Positions 17,864 to 26,863 of a stretch of DNA of 64,000 bases are shown here, piece by piece. Location: positions 1 to 64,000 of the IMG/VR virus record IMGVR_UViG_3300048834_000169; one strand, written 5' to 3'. Position 1 is the first letter of the stretch; the number at the start of each line of letters is the position of its first letter. The notes beneath the pieces are model-generated. The model searched no databases. It had not been told where the DNA came from and saw nothing but the letters and a program-made list of their open reading frames with translations. Source of the DNA: a virus. The translations under genes were made by a program, and so were the position numbers.

Positions 17864-18549
17864 TTCTTAAGCTCCTTAATAACGTTTTCTAAATATTGTA
17901 CGACGTCTTTGTGTCCATTATGCGCCGCCTCGCGTAGCGCCTCGTCGTCACGGGCCCTAACGTTAGCGCCCTTTTCGATTAGGTACTGCACTACGGCTAG
18001 GTGACCATTCTCCGCCGCGTTACGCAGCGCCTCGTCGTTACGGGCCCTAACGTCAGCGCCCTTTTCGATTAGGTACTGCACTACGGCTAGGTGACCGTTA
18101 TCCGCCGACCAGCGTAGCGCCGAGTCGTCACAGGCCCTAACTTTAGCGCCCTTTTCGATGAGGAGCTGTACTACGTCTAAGTGACCGTTACGAGCCGCCC
18201 AGTGTAGCGCCGCGTCGTTATAGGCCCTAACGTTAGCACCCTTTTCGATGAGGTACTGCACTACGGCTAGGTGCCCGTTAGTAGCCGCCCGGTGTAGCGC
18301 CTCGACATCATCGGCCCTAACGTCAGCGCCCTTTTCGATTAGGTACTGCACGATGTCTAGGTGTCCATTCTCCGCCGCCCTGCGTAGCGCCGCGTCGCCA
18401 CGGGCCCTAACGTTAGCGCCCTTTTCGATTAGGTACTGCACTACGGCTAGGTGCCCGTGGCGGCTAAACTTGATTAAAGCGTCGCTAAGCTCTGTTTGAA
18501 AATGTGCGGTACCGCTATTTACTTTGTTGTTGGTTAAAGTCATAGGCAT
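17851..18549 (-). CDS. Ankyrin-repeat protein (N-cap plus 6 modules)
   Basis: Same 90-bp module as the 2-3.7 kb genes, on the opposite strand. Confidence 0.95.
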   Translation of the reverse strand: MPMTLTNNKVNSGTAHFQTELSDALIKFSRHGHLAVVQYLIEKGANVRARGDAALRRAAENGHLDIVQYLIEKGADVRADDVEALHRAATNGHLAVVQYLIEKGANVRAYNDAALHWAARNGHLDVVQLLIEKGAKVRACDDSALRWSADNGHLAVVQYLIEKGADVRARNDEALRNAAENGHLAVVQYLIEKGANVRARDDEALREAAHNGHKDVVQYLENVIKELKKCKC

Positions 18550-18751
18550 AATATACTGTATTTATTTCCAGTTGTGATATGATTTCGGCCCTATCTGTGG
18601 ACGTGGCTACCGTCTCTACGTGCATAACTTCGTCCCCGTGCATCTTTAACTTACGTAACTCAAAACCATCATGAGTCACTGCAATTCCAAGCACATAGTA
18701 AGGTCCTTTGTCTTCTTGTTTCATTCTAATTGATCTTCCTATTTTTGCCAT
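18515..18751 (-). CDS. Hypothetical protein
   Basis: AGGAG SD and TGGACA-17-TAGATT promoter upstream. Confidence 0.65.
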   Translation of the reverse strand: MAKIGRSIRMKQEDKGPYYVLGIAVTHDGFELRKLKMHGDEVMHVETVATSTDRAEIISQLEINTVYYAYDFNQQQSK

Positions 18752-18801
18752 ATGTCTCCTATATGTTATAATCTAGCAAAAGCGCGAAACTATGTCCACA
18801 C

Positions 18802-19947
18802 TTACTTTTCAATCTTAACTACATCTTTATTATTATTATGCCAGCATACTGAGTAATACGGGCATATTAGGCTTCCATTCTTACAGGCTGACATGTTTCT
18901 CGGGAATACCTGGGCCTTTATAGCATGGTTAACTTCTTCGAAGTTCTGGATAGTTATGGCCTCCGTTTGTTCCGGGATATCTGATATAAGTACTTGGATA
19001 TCCGCTGCCGGCCTCAGCACTTCTTCCCACTCTCCTGAACACCGCTTACCGCCTATTTCGTTATTACAGGTTCTAGCTCTGTTGCCCTCCCCGTCCATAT
19101 TACACACGCTGCACTTCTTACTAGCGTTCTTATTAATAAGTTTTCGTAATACTATGAACCCTGCTGTCCTAGACTTAAGCTCATTCTCGAGTGCGTGCGA
19201 ATATATAGCTAGTTGCGGGCTCTTTAGAACAGCGTCGGCTTCGTACTCCCTAGCCGAGGTTTTGTTATCAAATACTATAGTTCTTCCGTCTTCCCATATG
19301 GCAATTAAATCTATAAATCCCGTAATAGAGTCTCCACTGTCGCTTTGAATATCGATTGCCCGCTGAGCGCTTATCACTCTTTTAATTCTAGGTATAATCT
19401 TCTCTAGATAAGCTTTTATCATCAGCTCACCTTTAATACTTAAGCATAGCCAGTTAGCGTAGTTATAGTACTTGCGCTGATCGTCGTTAAGGTTATTCCA
19501 GCCGTCCGCTTCTTTTTGCTTACCTATAGCCTTAAATAGGTCCACTAGATCGGCGTGATCCCCTTTAGGTAATGGCCCTACTCCTGGATATAGGGACGTG
19601 GCCGCAGTAAGTAGCGCATCAAAGTCTTTATTAGACATTAACTTCCAGTCCATATCTGACGCTGCGTAGACTACATCAGGGTTATCATATAAATCTACGA
19701 TCTTTTTATTAACTTCGCCTCGGCGCCAATTATTGATAAACGTGGTCTTATACGTCTGTCCTAGCCAGTCTATGTTATTTGCCGCATGATCATTTAGCAT
19801 ATCCGTGAGTGCCTTGTCTATTGCCGTGCCGAATAGTAGCGCCGCACTAGGATTTTTGGGGTACAGCTTTTCTATATACCGAAGTTTGTACTTATATGCA
19901 CAAGTAGTATAAGTAGATACTGAACTATGGGATAACTTATTAGTCAT
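18802..19947 (-). CDS. PD-(D/E)XK nuclease (RecB/Cas4-like exonuclease)
   Basis: LSHSS...C, GFIDLI, FDNKTS, QLAIY, C-terminal C..C...C. Confidence 0.85.
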   Translation of the reverse strand: MTNKLSHSSVSTYTTCAYKYKLRYIEKLYPKNPSAALLFGTAIDKALTDMLNDHAANNIDWLGQTYKTTFINNWRRGEVNKKIVDLYDNPDVVYAASDMDWKLMSNKDFDALLTAATSLYPGVGPLPKGDHADLVDLFKAIGKQKEADGWNNLNDDQRKYYNYANWLCLSIKGELMIKAYLEKIIPRIKRVISAQRAIDIQSDSGDSITGFIDLIAIWEDGRTIVFDNKTSAREYEADAVLKSPQLAIYSHALENELKSRTAGFIVLRKLINKNASKKCSVCNMDGEGNRARTCNNEIGGKRCSGEWEEVLRPAADIQVLISDIPEQTEAITIQNFEEVNHAIKAQVFPRNMSACKNGSLICPYYSVCWHNNNKDVVKIEK

Positions 19948-20052
19948 GCTTATACACTAACTCAAATAATGCACGTTGTAAATAGCTATACTTTTGACAC
20001 TTGCATATACTAAGGTACTAATGTATATTGATCATGTGAGGAGAGTAATATC
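19948..20052. promoter_or_regulatory. Divergent sigma70-like promoter region
   Basis: Minus strand TTTACA-17-TAGTGT 6 nt before the ATG at 19947; plus strand TTGCAT-17-TATATT, then GAGGAG SD. Confidence 0.55.
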
Positions 20053-20280
20053 ATGAAAGTTATACTAGAATTTGAAGTGCCCGGGGAGCAATACGAACTA
20101 GATTGTGCCCAAAAGGGGATGGCCTATAAGCACGCAGTGCAGGAGTATGATCAAGAACTTCGCAGTATTGTGAAGTACGGCGGAGAGGAATATTCGGAAG
20201 ATTATACTAAAGCCGTAGCAGAAATGCGAAAGAAGTTGCATGATATATTTTTAAGTGAGGGGCTAAGCATCCATGACTAA
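20053..20280 (+). CDS. Conserved phage hypothetical protein
   Basis: MKVILEF...A......D.ELRS..KYG pattern; strong SD. Confidence 0.7.
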   Translation: MKVILEFEVPGEQYELDCAQKGMAYKHAVQEYDQELRSIVKYGGEEYSEDYTKAVAEMRKKLHDIFLSEGLSIHD

Positions 20281-21190
20281 GAAATTTGACCTACAAGCAT
20301 TTAAAAAGTCGCTTCAGGCGGCAAGCGTTCCGTACAAGAAAGAGAATTATATCCAATGGGACGATGCCCTAAAAGAAGTATCCGGATTACCTGGTCTACC
20401 TTTAGGCCATATAACTCAAATCTACGGACCTAGTAACGGCGGAAAGACTACCCTAGCTCTTACTTTGGCGGCAAAAGCGCTGCAGCAAAACGTGCTGCCC
20501 ATATTCATAATCACAGAAGGTAAGTTTATGCCGGAGCGGGCCGCGACTATGGGCGTCGACGTGGATGCAGTCCTATCTGTTGACGTAACGTATATCGAAG
20601 AGATTTTTGATGAGATTCATAAGTTCCTATCTGCACAAAGCAAGGGCGACATACCTAAAGATATTTTATTTATAGTGGACTCTATCGGAAATACCATTAG
20701 TAGAGATTCTGTACGCATTGCTAAAGACGGTAATACTGAGGTTGGCGGCGCTATGATGAAAACGTCAAAAGTAATTCGCGAGCAGATGCGGGTAGTTAGT
20801 CATAGGATTAACGATACGCGTAAAGTAAATAGCCCGCATTTTGCAGGCCTGGTATTCATTAACCATTCGTATAAGCAGCCGCCAGCGTTTCCTGGAGGGC
20901 CTACTACAGACGTTCCTTACGGCGGGGATGGGATTTACTATTCGTCTAGCTTAGTTATTAAAGTGCGTAAGACACGTCAGCTTAAGGCCGTAAAGGACGG
21001 ACGAGACGTTTCTTTCGGGATAGCAGCCAAGCTGGCTGTTGAGAAGAACCACATTAATGGGGTATCCAATGAGGGCCCTTTCTTAATTACTTCTAACGCT
21101 ATTATACCGGACGATCCTGCAGCGCTTAAGCAGTACAAAGAAGATAATAAAGATTCCTGGGGCAACGTAAAGATAGACGTTGAGGAGTGA
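20273..21190 (+). CDS. recA: RecA/UvsX-like recombinase
   Basis: GLPLGHITQIYGPSNGGKTT Walker A; IVDSIG Walker B; PYGGDGIYYSSS; VEKN. Confidence 0.9.
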   Translation: MTKKFDLQAFKKSLQAASVPYKKENYIQWDDALKEVSGLPGLPLGHITQIYGPSNGGKTTLALTLAAKALQQNVLPIFIITEGKFMPERAATMGVDVDAVLSVDVTYIEEIFDEIHKFLSAQSKGDIPKDILFIVDSIGNTISRDSVRIAKDGNTEVGGAMMKTSKVIREQMRVVSHRINDTRKVNSPHFAGLVFINHSYKQPPAFPGGPTTDVPYGGDGIYYSSSLVIKVRKTRQLKAVKDGRDVSFGIAAKLAVEKNHINGVSNEGPFLITSNAIIPDDPAALKQYKEDNKDSWGNVKIDVEE

Positions 21191-21471
21191 CTATGTACGC
21201 TTATTTGATGTTTATGGCGTCCTTTACTGCGTGTCCCGCTACTGAGATTATAAATAAAACTTTTATACCAATTAATCAATTTGATATGCGGCAGTTAAGT
21301 AGAGCGCAGTTACGTTGCCGACAGCTGTATAAAAAAAGCCCGTGTCTTAAAATCTTCACTAAAATAGGGGAGCAGGATTACACCGCGATTTGCGGTAAGA
21401 CTCGCAGCGCAGAGGTTGCGATAAGATCGGTATCGCCCGACGACATTGATGCTAGTGTACCGCTATACTAG
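21187..21471 (+). CDS. Small Cys-containing hypothetical protein, possibly exported
   Basis: Hydrophobic N-terminus, four Cys. Confidence 0.6.
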   Translation: MTMYAYLMFMASFTACPATEIINKTFIPINQFDMRQLSRAQLRCRQLYKKSPCLKIFTKIGEQDYTAICGKTRSAEVAIRSVSPDDIDASVPLY

Positions 21472-21503
21472 ATTCTTAAGCTTGAGCAGAAGGTTATATA
21501 AGT

Positions 21504-21704
21504 ATGTTAACAGTAGAGTGTCAAAACGATCTTAACAACGACTTAATCACGTTTAGTCGCTACGGTCACCTAGCCGTAGTGCAGTACCTAATCGAAAAGG
21601 GCGCTAACGTTAGGGCCGATGGCGATGCGGCGCTACGCTGGGCGGCGAATAACGGGCACCTAGCCGTAGTACAGTATTTAAAGAATGTTATCGGGGAGAA
21701 TTAA
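21504..21704 (+). CDS. Minimal ankyrin-repeat protein (N-cap plus 1 module/C-cap)
   Basis: Same caps and module as the other copies. Confidence 0.9.
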   Translation: MLTVECQNDLNNDLITFSRYGHLAVVQYLIEKGANVRADGDAALRWAANNGHLAVVQYLKNVIGEN

Positions 21705-21707
21705 ATC

Positions 21708-22391
21708 ATGATACAGTATTTTAGAGATCTAACAGTGCTTCTAGTTGTCCTAATCTCAGTAACTGTATTAGCTGAAACACGTAAGAAAGTAGTTATTATT
21801 GATTCTGGGATGCCGGAAACGTCGCAAGTATTGCCATACTTATGCTCGTCTGGTCATGCAGATTTCACTAAGACAAAGCTAGAGGATTATCACGGGCACG
21901 GTACTAACGTAGCCGGGCTAATAGCTAAGGGCCTTAATCCTAAGACACACTGTATGATTATTCTAAAATTCTACCATACGAAGGAGTTTCCTGGTGGGGC
22001 TCAGGTATCCGCCTCAGATAGTTACCTAAGAGCTTTAGATTACGCTAAAACTCTAAAGCCGCATATTATTAATCTGAGTCTTGCGGGACCTTACTTTATT
22101 CCTAAAGAAGCCGAGCTTATATCTAGTTTATTAAAAAGTGGTACCACAATCGTAACCGCTGCAGGTAATCTAAGGCTAGACTTGTCACAAAGTTGTAACG
22201 CATTTCCTGCATGTTACGAGTTTGGTATACCTGGTTTTTATGTGGTCGCGAGTCCGTCTATACTCAGCAATAAAAATGGTCCGGTAACTCATATTAGGGA
22301 CGGTAATTATCAATGCGGCTTTAACGTATGTCTAAATGGAACTAGTCAGGCTGCGGCAAATTTTACCGCAGAACTCCTTACAGGCGAATAA
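21708..22391 (+). CDS. Secreted subtilisin-like S8 serine protease
   Basis: Signal peptide; IIDSG (Asp), HGTNVAG (His), AAGN, GTSQAA (Ser). Confidence 0.9.
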   Translation: MIQYFRDLTVLLVVLISVTVLAETRKKVVIIDSGMPETSQVLPYLCSSGHADFTKTKLEDYHGHGTNVAGLIAKGLNPKTHCMIILKFYHTKEFPGGAQVSASDSYLRALDYAKTLKPHIINLSLAGPYFIPKEAELISSLLKSGTTIVTAAGNLRLDLSQSCNAFPACYEFGIPGFYVVASPSILSNKNGPVTHIRDGNYQCGFNVCLNGTSQAAANFTAELLTGE

Positions 22392-22392
22392 C

Positions 22393-22827
22393 ATGAAGTG
22401 TACCAGTTCTAGATGTAATAATAAAAGACATCTTATTAAAGGCCTATGTAGATCCTGTTACGGTAAAAAATGGCGTAGAAAGAATGGACAACGTAATGAG
22501 GATTATAGAAGAACGGCCGATAACTTAATATACAGAATTCATAGCCGAATGCGCGATAGGGTACTGGGCAAATATTGCTCAACTCCTAAACTATTTAAAG
22601 GTCTTGCCGTTGTAGCGTTTCCTAAATTTAAAGCGTGGGCAAAATCAGATCCGCAATTCTTAAAACTATTCAACGAGTATATAGGCAGTAATAGGAATAT
22701 CAAGCTCGCACCCGTGGCCTATAGACTTAACCCAGATTTAGGCTATACTATAGGTAACATGGAATGGGTAACTTTTTCAGAATCTAGTAGAAGAGCTATC
22801 ACAGCTAGAAGGAGATTTAGTAAATGA
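22393..22827 (+). CDS. Basic zinc-finger / degenerate HNH-like protein
   Basis: CxxxxC...KGLCRSCY; RLNPDLGYTIGNMEWV resembles the HNH 'DRID..GY..N' segment. Confidence 0.55.
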   Translation: MKCTSSRCNNKRHLIKGLCRSCYGKKWRRKNGQRNEDYRRTADNLIYRIHSRMRDRVLGKYCSTPKLFKGLAVVAFPKFKAWAKSDPQFLKLFNEYIGSNRNIKLAPVAYRLNPDLGYTIGNMEWVTFSESSRRAITARRRFSK

Positions 22828-24131
22828 AGCGATACGTAATTGCGTCGGCGGTGCCGGGCTGCGCAGCTCATGATGGATTTTTATCCGCTATTAAAAATTA
22901 CTGTGCTAGAAATAAGGCAAAGCTCCTTATCCTGCCCACGCCTCCGCTGGCTAAAAAGGACACGCTAGATCCAAAGCTTAAGACCTACGGTACTGTAGTA
23001 ACAGAGGACTTGTCGCTAAACTCAAAATTAATGCTGTCTACTATCCCCGTAGGAGCTGAACAGCCAGATCCTATATCAGGGTTAGAACGATTATCTGGAA
23101 TCGACACTAGCGTAATATACTCGTCCCCTAAGCAAAGATTAAAGTCCGTGGCATCTCCTAGCAACGAACTTCCTAGAGTACTAATGACTCCTGGAGCGGT
23201 AACGCGGCCTCACAAAAAACGCTCTAAAAGATCTTTAATCGCAAATTTAGATCACGTAATCGGAGCTATAATTGTAGAGGTAAAGGGATCATCGCTATAT
23301 CATTTTAGACAAGTACAGGCTAGTAGAGACGGTAGTTTCATAGACTTAGCTAAAACTTATACGCCTGATGGTAAAGTACTCGAGGCTAATGTGGCAGCTT
23401 TAATTCCTGGGGACTGGCACACCGGATACACCGATCCTAAAGTTAAACGCATAGTCAAAGAGATTATGCACAGGTTTAAGCCTGATTATCTCTTTATGCA
23501 CGATTTATTTGACGGTATTTCTGTAAACCATCATATAGAGCATAAGCTTCTTATGAAGGCATTACTAGGCTCCCAGAATAGCTTGGCCTCTGAGTTACAT
23601 AATACTGCTATCGAGCTGGCTGAGTTAGAGAAATTACCTAAGAAAAAACTCGTAGTAGTTAAGAGTAATCACGATGAATTTTTGGATAGATGGTTAGAGG
23701 CAGGTAATTATTTAGAGGACTCGCAAAATCACGTGCTCGGTCTGGAGCTAGCTTTAGCTAAAGCTAGGGGTAGCGACCCTCTCGAATACGGGGTGGCTAA
23801 GTACCAGAGGCTAAAGAAGACTAAATTTCTCAGCTCAGAGGAATCCTTTAAGATTACTAAGAAACAGATAGAGTGCGGCATGCACGGTCACTTAGGATCT
23901 AATGGCGCTAGAGGGTCTACTATATCCCTAGAAAAGGCCTACTTACTTTCAGTAAGCGGGCATACGCATTCCCCAGAAATTCAGCGAGGCGCTTGGGTAG
24001 TAGGTACCAGTTCCTACCTTAAGCTTAATTATAATAAAGGTCCAAGTTCGTGGATGCATACTATGTGCCTAGTGTATGAGAATGGCTCTAGGCAATTAAT
24101 TAACGTTATTAAAGGCGAGTGGCGTGGTTAG
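22824..24131 (+). CDS. Calcineurin-like metallophosphoesterase, T5 A1-like
   Basis: GDWH, HDLFDG, SNHD, HGHLGSNGARGS, GHTHS, NYNKGPSSW. Confidence 0.8.
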   Translation: MKRYVIASAVPGCAAHDGFLSAIKNYCARNKAKLLILPTPPLAKKDTLDPKLKTYGTVVTEDLSLNSKLMLSTIPVGAEQPDPISGLERLSGIDTSVIYSSPKQRLKSVASPSNELPRVLMTPGAVTRPHKKRSKRSLIANLDHVIGAIIVEVKGSSLYHFRQVQASRDGSFIDLAKTYTPDGKVLEANVAALIPGDWHTGYTDPKVKRIVKEIMHRFKPDYLFMHDLFDGISVNHHIEHKLLMKALLGSQNSLASELHNTAIELAELEKLPKKKLVVVKSNHDEFLDRWLEAGNYLEDSQNHVLGLELALAKARGSDPLEYGVAKYQRLKKTKFLSSEESFKITKKQIECGMHGHLGSNGARGSTISLEKAYLLSVSGHTHSPEIQRGAWVVGTSSYLKLNYNKGPSSWMHTMCLVYENGSRQLINVIKGEWRG

Positions 24132-24163
24132 ACTTTTAGCCCATTTTTAGGTAAACTAATATT

Positions 24164-24523
24164 ATGGCCAAAAGAAAACCAAAGACCTCTATTAAGTTAC
24201 AGGTAAACGAAGAAATGTGGACGTGTCAGTTGTGGCCAGCTAAGGTCTATGAAAAACTACACGGTAACGATAGTAACGCAATTACTGATATTGAAGAATG
24301 TACCATAGACTTTAGGGACGACGCAGTCACTTTGGCAATATGCGGCCACGAGCTTATGCACGCCTACTTTAAAAACCTACACTTAGATTCTGTAGTTCAG
24401 CCTAAAATAGAAGACGTAGAAGAGATTATAGCTTCGTGGATCGGAGCTAACTTTGTAAAATTTTACCACAAGGCTAATCTTATTTACTCGGCGCTTGAGC
24501 CATATAAGCTGGAGGCAAAATGA
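24164..24523 (+). CDS. HExxH metallopeptidase-like protein
   Basis: GHELMHA...EE; upstream TAGACT-17-TAAACT promoter. Confidence 0.65.
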   Translation: MAKRKPKTSIKLQVNEEMWTCQLWPAKVYEKLHGNDSNAITDIEECTIDFRDDAVTLAICGHELMHAYFKNLHLDSVVQPKIEDVEEIIASWIGANFVKFYHKANLIYSALEPYKLEAK

Positions 24524-25170
24524 CTATTATAGGTTTAATCGGAAAAAAAGGCTCAGGTAAAACTACGGCGGCTAGACTGCTCACTAATAAGGGCTATAAA
24601 CCTTTGGCCTTTGCGGACGCCATAAAGCAAGCTGCGGCTGACGTATTCGACATTAGCTTAGACATACTCCACGATCCCGCGACAAAGGAAACAGCTAATG
24701 TACCTGTAAACCTCTCTAATACTGCTTTAAAGGCTTACCTTTGGGCGCTAAGTGATCGGTATATGCAAATACACCCCTCTGTAATTGAAGAGGCTGTGGG
24801 GCTTTATAACGGCCCTAAAAACACGTCTACTCCACGCCAGTTACTTCAAGTGTTAGGCTCTGAACTAGTCCGAGATTGCGTTGACCAAGACTATTGGCTA
24901 AAGGCCATAGCTTCCCAAATACAGTTCGACGGTAAATACGCAATCCACGACGTGCGCTTTCAGAATGAGGCCGACTATATTGTAAACAAGCTGGGCGGTA
25001 AGCTAATGATGATAAAACGCCCAGGGCTAGTAAATTCCGACTCGCACGCTTCTGAACAATTCGAACCTAAGGCTGTAGATATTACAATCATAAACAATTC
25101 AACTCTACTTCAATTTGAAGCAGATGTAATAGCCGCTATTTCTAAATTAACCGATGGGCAAGCGACCTAA
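24520..25170 (+). CDS. Deoxynucleoside monophosphate kinase
   Basis: IIGLIGKKGSGKTT, AFAD, TPRQLLQ.LG, DVRFQNE, HASE. Confidence 0.9.
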   Translation: MTIIGLIGKKGSGKTTAARLLTNKGYKPLAFADAIKQAAADVFDISLDILHDPATKETANVPVNLSNTALKAYLWALSDRYMQIHPSVIEEAVGLYNGPKNTSTPRQLLQVLGSELVRDCVDQDYWLKAIASQIQFDGKYAIHDVRFQNEADYIVNKLGGKLMMIKRPGLVNSDSHASEQFEPKAVDITIINNSTLLQFEADVIAAISKLTDGQAT

Positions 25171-25471
25171 AACTCGTAGCGAGCTAGAACACTTACGCGG
25201 AGTTATTAGATCTCTAGAGGCCGAGAATAGACAACTCCGTAAGCAGCTAGCCCGCTCAGATAAAGAACTACAAAAAGCAGTAGATATGGCGTCTACCGTT
25301 CTAGACGATATCACATATCATGATATGCAATACTCTTCCGAACCTAAGTGTCCTAAGTGTGCGAATAAACTAAAGCACGTTGACTTAGGTACTAGAACTT
25401 TGGTATTATGCAGTAATACCGAGTGTACATATAGGAAGACTAATAAGCATGGCCAAACGAAAACAAACTAA
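25154..25471 (+). CDS. Coiled-coil plus zinc-ribbon protein
   Basis: CPKC...CSNTEC. Confidence 0.7.
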   Translation: MGKRPKTRSELEHLRGVIRSLEAENRQLRKQLARSDKELQKAVDMASTVLDDITYHDMQYSSEPKCPKCANKLKHVDLGTRTLVLCSNTECTYRKTNKHGQTKTN

Positions 25472-26156
25472 AAAGAAGTCTAATGCCGTTCTCGCTAAGA
25501 CTAATATTAAGTTCCCCATTACATATACCGAAGGTAAGCACGGGTTTCTATTAGTAGACCCTAGCTCCAGCCACTTAGCGTGGGTTTTAGTCCAATTAGA
25601 TCTAGACGCTAAAGAAATGTACGTAGTAGCTACAGGCATGCTGTGGACTAAGGATTCCTGGTCTAAGGCTCAGCGCTATCGTTATATGCTAAAGGCCGCC
25701 GGCATTCTATTAGACGGCACCGATCACATAATTCCTCACGTAGTTGTTACAGAGTCATTCTTTATGAATCCTAAGCTGCCAATGGGTTCCGCTGTAGTTC
25801 CGACTATCAACGCTCTTATAAGCATGGCCGCCGATGAAAAAGAGGTAATCTATCAAGAACTAGGCCCGTCAGCCTGGCGAGCTATATTAGGCATTAAAAG
25901 CGTTACAGTAGGCTCTAAACGAGACTATAAGATTCCTACTGCTAATTACGTTAAGAAGTTTATATCAGTGCCGGAAAATATCAAAAGCAATATTAATTTA
26001 AAAGAGAGACAGCTTCCACATGATATAACTGACGCTCTGGCTATAGCTCTAGCAGTAGCTAAGCATCACGGGGTCTATAAGATCGAAGTAGCTAATACGG
26101 CATTTACGCCGTTTACAGTTTTAGAAAAACTTAGTAAATTAGGGGAGACTATTTAA
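25449..26156 (+). CDS. RuvC-like Holliday junction resolvase
   Basis: LLVDPS, VVTES, PSAW, DITDALAIA acidic motifs. Confidence 0.8.
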   Translation: MAKRKQTKKKSNAVLAKTNIKFPITYTEGKHGFLLVDPSSSHLAWVLVQLDLDAKEMYVVATGMLWTKDSWSKAQRYRYMLKAAGILLDGTDHIIPHVVVTESFFMNPKLPMGSAVVPTINALISMAADEKEVIYQELGPSAWRAILGIKSVTVGSKRDYKIPTANYVKKFISVPENIKSNINLKERQLPHDITDALAIALAVAKHHGVYKIEVANTAFTPFTVLEKLSKLGETI

Positions 26157-26437
26157 TGTCATTTTTAAAGAAATCGTGGAAAGTAATTGTAACTATTCTT
26201 AGCGCTATCCTGGGACTAATCTTGCTCAGACAATACTTTACTAGGGGTTTACTGGCTAAGCTCGGGTTAGTCAAGACGGGGCAGGATTCTGCGGTAATCG
26301 ATGCTAAGATCGGTGGGCTTAAAGATAATGAGGCTGGACTGCAGTCTGAGGCTGATAAGCTTAGGGAAGCTGGCAATAAGCCGGCAGAAGATCTTAGCTC
26401 TAAGGAAGTAGAAGACTTCTGGAATAAGAAGAAATAA
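26156..26437 (+). CDS. Membrane-anchored coiled-coil protein
   Basis: N-terminal TM helix. Confidence 0.65.
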   Translation: MSFLKKSWKVIVTILSAILGLILLRQYFTRGLLAKLGLVKTGQDSAVIDAKIGGLKDNEAGLQSEADKLREAGNKPAEDLSSKEVEDFWNKKK

Positions 26438-26439
26438 CT

Positions 26440-26862
26440 ATGTCTTATAGTACATTCAAATCTAAGCTTAATATGTCCTATAGGTTATTAGCGTTCGTGG
26501 CCGCGATTGCTATTGCGGCGCCGACTACGGCCCAGGTCCAGTTCGTAGAAAAAGGTCAGGCGGCCCCCTTCACCGGCTACTTATTTAGCCCAGATAAAGA
26601 AAAAGAAGCTCGTCAAGATTCCGAATCCCTCCGCTACTACAAGACCTTAGATGAGACTAATATCAAACTCATGGCCCTTAAAGATCGGGAAATGGAGCTT
26701 ATTAGGGAGCAGTCTAAAATGTGGCAGGAGCAGTCTTCTGAACTATCTAAGCAGCTTCAACAATCCAAAGACTCTAATTTCTGGAAGACTACCCTGTATT
26801 TTGGCTTAGGTGCCTTATTGACTACTGCCCTAGCGTTTGGGGTTAATCAAGCTACTAAATAA
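26440..26862 (+). CDS. Exported coiled-coil protein with C-terminal TM
   Basis: Signal peptide, KGQAAPFTGYL motif, C-terminal hydrophobic helix. Confidence 0.65.
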   Translation: MSYSTFKSKLNMSYRLLAFVAAIAIAAPTTAQVQFVEKGQAAPFTGYLFSPDKEKEARQDSESLRYYKTLDETNIKLMALKDREMELIREQSKMWQEQSSELSKQLQQSKDSNFWKTTLYFGLGALLTTALAFGVNQATK

Positions 26863-26863
26863 T

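Noticed and set aside
1-21704. Diversity-generating retroelement behind the ankyrin variation
   Set aside because: No reverse transcriptase or non-coding template repeat in the window. Variable codons change at all bases, while framework adenines (GAA AAG) are invariant.
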